From positions 2,688-66,687 of the forward strand of contig JADLGB010000142.1 of NCBI GenBank assembly GCA_020849535.1: DNA of 64,000 nt. The letters run 5' to 3'. The DNA comes from Candidatus Hydrogenedentota bacterium. Its GTDB lineage: Bacteria > Hydrogenedentota > Hydrogenedentia > Hydrogenedentales > SLHB01. The notes beneath the pieces are model-generated. The model was not told the DNA's origin. It saw only the letters and a list, made by a program, of their open reading frames with translations, and ran no database searches. The position numbers were made by a program, and so were the translations under genes. This document shows positions 34,079 to 42,338 of this stretch, piece after piece. Position 1 is the first letter of the stretch. Each line of letters starts with the position of its first letter.

Positions 34079-37000
34079 ATGTCTACGTTCCTCTCAGGGC
34101 TTACGTCGGCGTTTGATGCCGTCATCCAAACGACGCTACAGGCGACGGTCCTGGCCGCGCTGATCCTCATCTTGCAGCGGCTGCTGCGCAAACGCCTCAC
34201 GCCGCGCTGGCACTACGCGTTGTGGCTGTTGGTGCTGGCGCGATTGTTCTTGCCATGGACCCCTGAAAGCCCCACCAGCCTCTTCAACTATGTCCGCACG
34301 GAACAGGCATCAACTACCCAGTTGCTGCTGGCGATCCCTGACATTGAGTACATGTCATTTGATGGGCCACCTGAGGTGAGCGCCATGCCGCCGCTACCGG
34401 ACCGGGCAGTCGAAATCACGGACTCCACGCCCGCTATCGGCCTCTCGTGGAACGATGGGCTGCGCCTGGGTTGGCTGGGCGTCGCGGCGATCCTCTTCCT
34501 GTACGTGTGCGCGGTGAACGGTTCGCTGTGGTGGCGCGTGCGGCGCGAACCTGCCATCGACGACGGCCCGGCCGCTTTCGAGTTCGCGTCGTGCAAGGAA
34601 GTGATGGGGGTTCGCGATGCGATCCGCCTCGTGCGCACGAGCCGCGTCTCCACGCCTGCCCTGCTCGGCCTGCTGCGTCCACGCCTGCTCCTGCCCGAAT
34701 CGATGGAGCGCGCGTTGTCACGCGAAGAGCTGCGCCATGTGTTCTTGCACGAACTCGCCCACTACCGCCGCGGCGATCTCCTCGTGAACTGGCTGATGGT
34801 CGCCTGTAACATCGTCCACTGGTTCAACCCCGCGCTCTGGTACGCCTTTCACCGCATGCGCGCCGATCGCGAACTCGCCTGCGACGCCCTCGCCATGAGC
34901 TACATCGCGCCGGAGGACACGTCTTCCTACGGCCGCACCCTGCTGCGCCTGCTCGAACACGTCGCCCGCCCGCGCCCTTTGCCCGGCCTCGTTGGCGTCC
35001 TCGAACGCAAATCGCACCTGAAGAAGCGCATACGCGGCATCGCCGGCTTCAAACCCGGCTCCTATCGATGGTCGGTCTTGGCCGTCGTGCTGATCGCTGT
35101 GTTGAGCGCCGTCGCGTTGACCAATGCGTCATCGAAGGAAGCGGCGGAAGGAATGCCAGCGTCTTCGCTCGCACCGGATGACAATGCTCCCGAACCGCTT
35201 GTGAGTACTATCGGTGTCGTCGAGACCGATAGCCAGGACAAGTCTCCAACGCAGCTTTCGGACCTTGGCGCCCTGCTCACGGAGGATCAAACGCGCATCG
35301 AACCGATTGGGGATCCTTCGTCACATGAGCCGTTCGACCCCAGCGGCCAAGGCGAGAATGTGGCTACGGTCAATTCGGATGCGGCCTCGACGCATACCGG
35401 TGAACTGGACGCACTCGTTGAGAACACCGGATACCGAAACGAGACGGCCGAAGACGCGCACGATGCGAAGCCCGAAAGTGAGGCGGCGTTACCCTATCCT
35501 CCCGTTCAGATCGATTTCGGAGAGGGAAACACGTTGACGGCCGATTCTGCCCGGCTGGACATGGCCACGTTAGAACTGGAGCTCGTGGGGACCATCTTTC
35601 TCGACAAGCACTCGGGGTCTGATCTTCGAGTCAGTAAGGGCACGGCTTCACTGACACTGGATGGACCTCAGAAAGGCGCCCTGCGTGATATCAAGGGCGA
35701 AGATGTCGAGATGTTGGAGGACCTTTCTCCAGTAACTCCCGATGAGACGAAGGTGCTCAAAAGTCGTGACGAGAGCGAGCCACACGGGGTCTACATTCGG
35801 CACGGGGACGCCACGTTCATCGCCGATACGATGCTTCTCGATATGGAGTCGAGCGAGATCAAGCTGGCCGGACATATTCAGTTCAGCTCCGATACCGTTC
35901 GCGAAGGCCGCGCCGGCGAGGTGCGCCTCAACTTCCTTACGGGCAAAACAGAGATGGCAGGCCTGGTCGCTGAAAGTATAGAGCGGGAGGGTTCACGAGA
36001 GCCTCGACAGGCAAGCCCCGGCGCACTCTACACCTTGTCGGAGTCCGAGCGAATTCGTGAGGGTCTTCCGAAGCCGCAAATAAACGTCCTTGTGCCCCCT
36101 TCGGATCAGAACCCACGCGGGTATGCACTGATCAATTCCGAGAAGGTCTACGTTGGGGACAGGATTCCTGAGACTGGAGATGCGCCCACCCAGGCCAATT
36201 CGAAAGAAATTGTGCTTAAAGACGTCGATCTGGACGGCATCATTGTGGAGCGCGATGGGCGAGGGTACCGCGTCGGCACGCAAGGCTCCGTGTGGAGGCT
36301 GTTGCCGAAGGACAATGGTGCGGAGCACACCTCTGTATCCGCAAAGGAGGGTGATTCTGCAGCAGCCAGCCCGAAAGACTTGACTGGAGCAGGCGAGACA
36401 ATCGGTACGGATCAGGAGTTGTTCACGATCGAGTTTCAATCGTTCCGCCTATCTCGAAAGGATTTGGATAGCGTAATCGAGGATTGGGTTGAGTTGCCGG
36501 AAATCGAGAGATTGTACGGTGAATCGCGAGTCTTCTCAGTGCCTTCGTCATTGGTTCGTCCGGTCGAAGCTGTCACAGGCGCAACGCGGTTGGGAGGACA
36601 AATCTGTTGCGTACCGTGTGGGGCGCTGGAGAAGTATGGTGTGACCATTAGCGATGGGGAACCTGGGTTTGCCTGGGATCTCACGATTCCACGCAGGCAT
36701 GCCTCAGACAACGAACATCCCTCCGCTCCGATACAGATCAGAAACCCTATGGAATCCTTCATGCGAAACATTGAGCAAAAGTGCACCGACTACGGCGAGG
36801 CCGAAACCGCAATTACCCTCCCTGGGATAGAAACGGGTCCAGGCGGCAGGATGCTACTTGAGGTGCTCTGGCGAACAAAGGACCTCGAGTTCGGTGATAC
36901 CAAGTACCACGGGGTCTTCGCAAAGTTCCCCGTTCGGTTCGGTGAATGGACCGCAATCACCTTCCCCAAGACCCGCATGCAGCACTATCTCGTCTTTGCC

Positions 37001-39142
37001 CGCGTAACCGAAGGCAGGGCCGGTTTTGACGCCGCAGCGGCAGTCGCTTCATCCATGAAGAACGCGTCTGAGCGCTCCGCCGAATCCCCGGCGCTTCCGA
37101 GTCCCGACGTGACAGCGAAGCTGGATAGTCCGATCTCACTCGAGTTCGAGGGCGAGCATCTCACCGCGATCACGGCATTCATGGCTTCCTACTTAGGATT
37201 GTCTATCGAGCTGGACAGCAAGGTTATTGCGCCGAAAGGTAGTACGCCCGCCGAGAGCGCCGCGTACGCGACAAATGGCATCGTGCCGTACGTGAAGTTG
37301 GCGGACGTTCCATTCAAAGACGCTTTGAAGGCCCTCCTCCGTCCGCTGGGTCTTGCCTACGAGATGCGCGGCAATACGGTGTACATCTCGACCCCCGATC
37401 GCTTGTCCGCGCAGGAAGCTGTTGACGAATCCCAGGAGCGCCCGAAGGTGGAGGACGTGAAAGTCTCCGTCACGTTTCCCGAAAACACGACGCTCATGGA
37501 GGCCGCCGCCAAACTGGTTGACGCGGCCGATGTGAACATCGTAGTCGACCGCCGCGCCGTCCATCCCGAAGGTGGCAATGGCTCCGACCCAACGGAATGG
37601 ATGGTGCCACCGCGCGAGATCAAAGGCGCGCTCCTCATCGACGTGCTCTGGGAAATGCTCGAGCCCCTGGGCCTGACCTTCGCAGTGCAACCCGGTTTCA
37701 TCTGGATCAGCACCCCGGATCGCATCGCCACCGAGACTTTCGAAGTACTCGAAACGCGGCGCTATCCTCTGGAACTCATCCGCGAGCTGAACGGCAATGC
37801 GGCCAGCCGCGCGGAGTCTCTGGCTGACATACGGCGCATGGTTCGTGTCACTGAACCGGACTCGCTGAAGACGCTGTCATTCGCGCGCATCATTGAAGAA
37901 GATGGCGTACTCGAAGTCCGCAGCGCGCCCACCCATTTGGATCAGTTGGAGCAAAACCTCCTCCTTTACGAGAGCGCGAATTCGACACAGACTGCTGAAA
38001 ACGCTGGTGCTGAGGCACATGAAGATGCGGCTGCCGGGACCGGGGACGAGACTTCACTCGAGCACCATACAGCGAGCCCGGTAACAAGCGCCACTATCGA
38101 CTCGAGTCTCCAGCAGGCGTGCAACGAACTGCTCCGCGAATTGGAGGGTTCGATCGTGGTATTGAATGCGGACTCCGGCGCGGTGCTGGCCATGGCAGGC
38201 TCAGCGGCGGCTGAGTCCAACGATATCCTCCATCCCGCCTACCAAGAGGCCTATCCGCCGGGGTCCTTGTTCAAGGTGCTGCTGGCGATCGCGGCCTTGG
38301 AGGAGGGGATCATCACAGAAGAGACGACTTTCGGGTGCAGCGGGAAATTCTATCTACCGGGTGTTGCGCGGCCGTGGCGCTGCTGGCGCTTAATGTACGG
38401 CGGCCACGGCGGGGTGAACGTCGTCGATGCGTTGGCGTACAACTGCGATGTGTTCTTCTACAACGTCGCGCTGAAACTGGGACCGGAGAAGATCAAGGAG
38501 TGGTCAAGCAGACTCGGGCTTGGCGTGCCTACGGGGATCGATCTGCCGGGAGAGGCCGTCGGACTCATCCCCGACCCCACGTGGAAGAAAGAAGCCGCAT
38601 CAGCCGCCGGCAAGACTGAAACTTGGGAAAAGAACTGGTACCCCGGCGAGACCGTCAATCTGGGCATCGGCCAAGGTGCGGTGAGCACAACCATGCTACA
38701 GAATACCGCCCTGATGATGTCCATCCTGAACGGTGGACGTCGCGCGCAGCCCTTCACACAAGGAGACGTGCTCCCCACGCTTTCCGAACCCCTGGTGAGC
38801 GAAGAGACTCTGCGCATCGTTCAAGCGGGGTTGCGCAAGTGCGTCGAGAGGGACAAACCCCCGCCAACGGGCACGGGAAAAGAGGCCAGAATTGAAGGAT
38901 TCGACATCCTCGGCAAGACGGGCACCGCGCAGGTCGTCCAAACCTTGAAGGCGAAACACTACTCAAATGAAGAAGACATGCCCTACGAACAACGCGACCA
39001 CGCGCTGTTCATCGCGGGGGTGATGGACCGGTCACCGCGTATCGCCGTGGGTGTGTTCATCAAACACGGCCTGCATGGCAGCTCGACCGCGGCGCCTATT
39101 GCCCGCGCCGTGATTGCGGAGTTCTACGGAGGCGGCACCTGA
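34079..39142 (+). CDS. giant BlaR1-family M56 metalloprotease / signal transducer with C-terminal PBP2-type transpeptidase (penicillin-binding) domain
   Basis: 1687 aa. The N-terminal M56 module has TM helices and the zinc motif HELAH (34748..34762). A further TM helix (WSVLAVVLIAVLSAVAL) is followed by about 1000 aa of extracytoplasmic sequence. The last ~345 aa (from ~38105) are a transpeptidase domain with SLFK (Ser 38264..38266), NCD (38441..38449) and KTGT (38915..). This domain is strongly similar to mrdA at 62079.. Confidence 0.9.
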   Translation: MSTFLSGLTSAFDAVIQTTLQATVLAALILILQRLLRKRLTPRWHYALWLLVLARLFLPWTPESPTSLFNYVRTEQASTTQLLLAIPDIEYMSFDGPPEVSAMPPLPDRAVEITDSTPAIGLSWNDGLRLGWLGVAAILFLYVCAVNGSLWWRVRREPAIDDGPAAFEFASCKEVMGVRDAIRLVRTSRVSTPALLGLLRPRLLLPESMERALSREELRHVFLHELAHYRRGDLLVNWLMVACNIVHWFNPALWYAFHRMRADRELACDALAMSYIAPEDTSSYGRTLLRLLEHVARPRPLPGLVGVLERKSHLKKRIRGIAGFKPGSYRWSVLAVVLIAVLSAVALTNASSKEAAEGMPASSLAPDDNAPEPLVSTIGVVETDSQDKSPTQLSDLGALLTEDQTRIEPIGDPSSHEPFDPSGQGENVATVNSDAASTHTGELDALVENTGYRNETAEDAHDAKPESEAALPYPPVQIDFGEGNTLTADSARLDMATLELELVGTIFLDKHSGSDLRVSKGTASLTLDGPQKGALRDIKGEDVEMLEDLSPVTPDETKVLKSRDESEPHGVYIRHGDATFIADTMLLDMESSEIKLAGHIQFSSDTVREGRAGEVRLNFLTGKTEMAGLVAESIEREGSREPRQASPGALYTLSESERIREGLPKPQINVLVPPSDQNPRGYALINSEKVYVGDRIPETGDAPTQANSKEIVLKDVDLDGIIVERDGRGYRVGTQGSVWRLLPKDNGAEHTSVSAKEGDSAAASPKDLTGAGETIGTDQELFTIEFQSFRLSRKDLDSVIEDWVELPEIERLYGESRVFSVPSSLVRPVEAVTGATRLGGQICCVPCGALEKYGVTISDGEPGFAWDLTIPRRHASDNEHPSAPIQIRNPMESFMRNIEQKCTDYGEAETAITLPGIETGPGGRMLLEVLWRTKDLEFGDTKYHGVFAKFPVRFGEWTAITFPKTRMQHYLVFARVTEGRAGFDAAAAVASSMKNASERSAESPALPSPDVTAKLDSPISLEFEGEHLTAITAFMASYLGLSIELDSKVIAPKGSTPAESAAYATNGIVPYVKLADVPFKDALKALLRPLGLAYEMRGNTVYISTPDRLSAQEAVDESQERPKVEDVKVSVTFPENTTLMEAAAKLVDAADVNIVVDRRAVHPEGGNGSDPTEWMVPPREIKGALLIDVLWEMLEPLGLTFAVQPGFIWISTPDRIATETFEVLETRRYPLELIRELNGNAASRAESLADIRRMVRVTEPDSLKTLSFARIIEEDGVLEVRSAPTHLDQLEQNLLLYESANSTQTAENAGAEAHEDAAAGTGDETSLEHHTASPVTSATIDSSLQQACNELLRELEGSIVVLNADSGAVLAMAGSAAAESNDILHPAYQEAYPPGSLFKVLLAIAALEEGIITEETTFGCSGKFYLPGVARPWRCWRLMYGGHGGVNVVDALAYNCDVFFYNVALKLGPEKIKEWSSRLGLGVPTGIDLPGEAVGLIPDPTWKKEAASAAGKTETWEKNWYPGETVNLGIGQGAVSTTMLQNTALMMSILNGGRRAQPFTQGDVLPTLSEPLVSEETLRIVQAGLRKCVERDKPPPTGTGKEARIEGFDILGKTGTAQVVQTLKAKHYSNEEDMPYEQRDHALFIAGVMDRSPRIAVGVFIKHGLHGSSTAAPIARAVIAEFYGGGT

Positions 39143-39144
39143 AA

Positions 39145-39289
39145 GAGACCGGCGGGGGTGCCTGCCCCACATGTCTTTCTCCAGCGGTATGTACGCCGCG
39201 ATCCTTGAAGCACTGGGGCAGACTTGGGCAGAAGAGAGAAAGACAGAGGCCGGGCAAGCGCGTGTGGCACAGGCGCCCTCGCCTGTGTC
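39145..39289. repeat. inverted pair of family A palindromic repeats immediately downstream of the blaR1-like gene
   Basis: The forward copy is 39145..39175 (GAGACCGGCGGGGGTGCCTGCCCCACATGTC). The inverted copy is 39258..39289 (GCGCGTGTGGCACAGGCGCCCTCGCCTGTGTC). The architecture matches 8096..8325. Confidence 0.8.
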
Positions 39290-39416
39290 TTTGTCTGCCA
39301 TCTGCCTGAGTTTGAAATCCATTTCGCTGTCTTCGCGCGAAACCATAGATGGCCCTGCAAGAGCCAAGGTCCTGGCGCCGCACCTTCAGCGCTCAAGAAC
39401 AAGAGCTTATCGGATA

Positions 39417-39470
39417 CCCAGGGTGGCGCTTCGCTCTGCCCTGGGCTGATATGGTTTCGGCCCTTCAGAC
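39417..39470. repeat. single family C unit
   Basis: It comprises the CCCAGGGTGGCGCTTCGCTCTGCCCTGGG hairpin plus GGCCCTTCAGAC. Compare 24177..24241. Confidence 0.65.
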
Positions 39471-39557
39471 TTCAAGAGTGGGGGGCCACATTCTCGTTGG
39501 ATTCCCTCTTCATTCTCTTCCTTAACGTCTTGGCGAGAGGTTCTTCTTCGCACGCCC

Positions 39558-40127
39558 TCAGGGTGCCGTGCAGCAGGCGGTGTCGATGAGATGGAGCAAT
39601 TCGTTCACGACCGTGCGCTTTTCTGCGTCCATCTCGTAAAGTGCGGACACCTTCTTTCTCGCGGCTCCGACATCGCCGCAGGCTTTCCCGCGCGCGATGA
39701 GTTCCCGGCAGTCACCGGGCATGGGACCCCAGCTTCCGCATTCCGTAAATTGCTCGCTTAGGAAGATGAACTTCGGGATCGCCTCGCCGCCGTTCGTGAG
39801 GAAGCGCACAAACACGTCCGGGTGTTGTTGCCGGGTGATGTAGCGCACCTTGAGCTGAGGAGCCGTCTGGGCCAGGCGCTGCAACACCGGAACATGCCGC
39901 ACGACATCGCCGCACCAGTCCTCCGCGACCGCCACCACATACACGGGCCGCGGCAGCGCGCCGAGATACGCAACCGTCTGCGCGTCGAGTTTCTGGCCCT
40001 TGACCGCGGTCTCCATCGCGATCGCGTGGTCTTTGTTCTCCGCACCCGCGATCCACGCGAAGTAGTCGATCCCAGAGTCAAACACCTTCTTCCAATCAAT
40101 CACGGGCAAAACGGGTGGGCGTGGCAT
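39558..40127 (-). CDS. thioredoxin-fold family protein
   Basis: 189 aa, with AAGGAG upstream of the ATG. The motif AEDWCGDVVRHVPVL sits at the position of a thioredoxin-like active site (WCGD). Confidence 0.65.
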   Translation of the reverse strand: MPRPPVLPVIDWKKVFDSGIDYFAWIAGAENKDHAIAMETAVKGQKLDAQTVAYLGALPRPVYVVAVAEDWCGDVVRHVPVLQRLAQTAPQLKVRYITRQQHPDVFVRFLTNGGEAIPKFIFLSEQFTECGSWGPMPGDCRELIARGKACGDVGAARKKVSALYEMDAEKRTVVNELLHLIDTACCTAP

Positions 40128-40337
40128 GGGTCGTACTCCTTATGTAGTGACTGCGCACCTTCGCGTCGCGCACGACGCGGTAGGCGGCTCTCCAAATGAA
40201 CCGTGCACGTGGCAAGGCTATTCCTTTTCGAGGCAGCGGGATCGCTGCAACTTCCGCGTGCCCGTTGGCCGGGGCACGTATCTACGGGTTGTGGATGCGC
40301 TCAAGTTTCTCCGGATCCAGCCGATATACATGGTGTA

Positions 40338-40739
40338 GCCGAGGCACGGAGGCTAAGGCGAGAATGAGACACGGATGTCGCGAAAGTTGAACCCGGGGTT
40401 GGGCTGGGCGTACCACCCAACCATCGAAATCACGGCTTGATGCGCATCCCCGCAGCGGCCTTGATATAGGTATCCGGTGGCCATCCCTACACCGGGTATT
40501 GCAGTGTGGTGAGGCGTCCATCCCTACGTTTCACCTGAGATTTTGCAGATAGTTTTCCCTCCGAGAGTGGCGCCACAATCCCATAGTTGTGGCGTCCTTC
40601 CTTTTGTCCCGATTCGTTCTATCCCCAGTCAGAAGCCTCGTCCACGCCGGTACATATGCACTAAAGATCTCGTGCAAACAGCCGATAAAGGAAGTGCACG
40701 GCCGAGACACGGAGGTCGAGGTCAACTGACACGGATGTC
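40338..40739. repeat. two ~40-nt direct repeats within a 756-bp non-coding gap
   Basis: Copy A is 40338..40379 (GCCGAGGCACGGAGGCTAAGGCGAGAATGAGACACGGATGTC). Copy B is 40701..40739 (GCCGAGACACGGAGGTCGAGGTCAACTGACACGGATGTC). Confidence 0.6.
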
Positions 40740-40883
40740 ACCCCATTTTAATAGACCGTGGACTTGCCGGCGCGAGCTGGCGCCGGGCGGCCAATCCCAC
40801 CGCTCCGGAATTATGAAGCCCATTGGTCTTACCCTCTGTAGAGTGCGCTATGGCCCGGCGTGGCATAGCGCATTTCTCTTTTC

Positions 40884-41642
40884 TCAGTAGAGCACTTCCA
40901 TAAGCGTGAGGCCGTGCGCGGGCGCCGTGTAGCCGAGATAAGGACCCGGCGCCGCCAGGGCTTCTTCCAAGCGCGATTGTGGAAGATGCCCGCGCGCGAT
41001 CTCCATCAACGTCCCGGTCATGTTGCGGACCATCTTGTAGAGGAAACCACTTCCAAAATACTCGAGCCGCCAGACATCCCGCGCCGAGGGATGTGACACG
41101 ACGCCGCCTTCCTCGAGCGTGACGCGATACAGGGTGCGCACCGTCGAGTGTTTGGGCGCGGCGCGGCTGCTTTCAAATCCCGCGAAGTCGTGCTCGCCTT
41201 CGAGCCTGCCGCAGATCGCGCGAAGCAGATTCACGTCGGTGTCGCGATGCGCCGTCCATACGTATGGCGCCAGAAACGGGTCGGGCTCGCGCCCGGTGTC
41301 GAACGCGTAGCAGTACCGTTTCGCCTTCGCGGATTTGCGCGCGTGAAACGCTTCGGGCGCCGGCTCCAACGTGTCGACGCGAATGTCCGGGCTCAACATG
41401 GCGGACAGGGATCGCCGGAGGCGTTCGGGGTCCACGTCCTTGGGCCAACGGAACGAGCACACCTGGGCCAAGGCATGCACGCCCGCATCCGTGCGGCTTG
41501 CCCCGTGAACCCGCACGGGCTGACCCGCGATGCGCTCCATGGCCGCCATGAGGTCCCCCTGCACGGTGCGCTCAGCCGGCTGCACTTGCCATCCCGAGAA
41601 TGGCGTGCCCGCATATCGAACGACGGCTTTGTAGTTTTGCAT
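40884..41642 (-). CDS. truA: tRNA pseudouridine(38-40) synthase
   Basis: Start moved to ATG 41642 (MQNYKAVVRYAGTPFSGWQVQP). The catalytic motif is GASRTDAGVHALAQV and the C-terminus is FLYKMVRNMTGTL. Confidence 0.9.
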   Translation of the reverse strand: MQNYKAVVRYAGTPFSGWQVQPAERTVQGDLMAAMERIAGQPVRVHGASRTDAGVHALAQVCSFRWPKDVDPERLRRSLSAMLSPDIRVDTLEPAPEAFHARKSAKAKRYCYAFDTGREPDPFLAPYVWTAHRDTDVNLLRAICGRLEGEHDFAGFESSRAAPKHSTVRTLYRVTLEEGGVVSHPSARDVWRLEYFGSGFLYKMVRNMTGTLMEIARGHLPQSRLEEALAAPGPYLGYTAPAHGLTLMEVLY

Positions 41643-41798
41643 GCCTTCCAACTCGCCGGAGCGCTCCATTTGAACGCTTCCCGTCAACCCCAGATTTTAC
41701 GGCAACGTAATCCTACACAGACGCATACGCCGTTTGACAGGCCGCGGGGCCGTGGGCTACCCTGTGGCATCGGCTACTTTACGCGGGGAGACTCTCAA

Positions 41799-42326
41799 AT
41801 GAAACGCACACGTGCGATGTTGGCGCTCATGTTGCTGGTCGTGGCGGCGGTGGGGTGCAATACCCTGGGCCGTCAACCCAAACTCCAGGATGCGGCAATT
41901 GTTCCCGCTACACTCAAGCCCGGCGACAGCGCGGTGATTACCGTGAAAGTCGTCGACAAAGAACACATCATCGATCGGATCGTGGGCGTGGTGCTGGAAG
42001 ATACGCGCATGAAGCTTCCGGTGTACGACAACGGCGTGGCGCCGGATGCCAAAGCGGGCGATGGCGTCTGGTCTCTCCAGGTGGATGTACCACCGATGGC
42101 GCTCGCGGGCCAGTTCACCTTGGAACTGACGGCGTTTGATTCCAAGGGCGTGGCCATCGAAGTGCGCAAATCCAAGCATGAAAAGGGACCCCTGACCGCG
42201 ACGTGCACGTGGGTCATCACCGCGCCACCTGAAGAAGCCGCGCCCGCGGAGGCCGCTCCGGCGGAACCTGCGCCTGCGGAACCTGCGCCCGCCCCGGCGC
42301 CCGAAGCCGCGCCCTCCCAGGGCTAG
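41799..42326 (+). CDS. hypothetical lipoprotein with Ala/Pro-rich C-terminal tail
   Basis: ATG 41799, with GGGGAG upstream. The lipobox reads VAAVGC. The core looks Ig-like and the tail is PPEEAAPAEAAPAEPAPAEPAPAPAPEAAP. Confidence 0.7.
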   Translation: MKRTRAMLALMLLVVAAVGCNTLGRQPKLQDAAIVPATLKPGDSAVITVKVVDKEHIIDRIVGVVLEDTRMKLPVYDNGVAPDAKAGDGVWSLQVDVPPMALAGQFTLELTAFDSKGVAIEVRKSKHEKGPLTATCTWVITAPPEEAAPAEAAPAEPAPAEPAPAPAPEAAPSQG

Positions 42327-42338
42327 AGGATTTCAACC

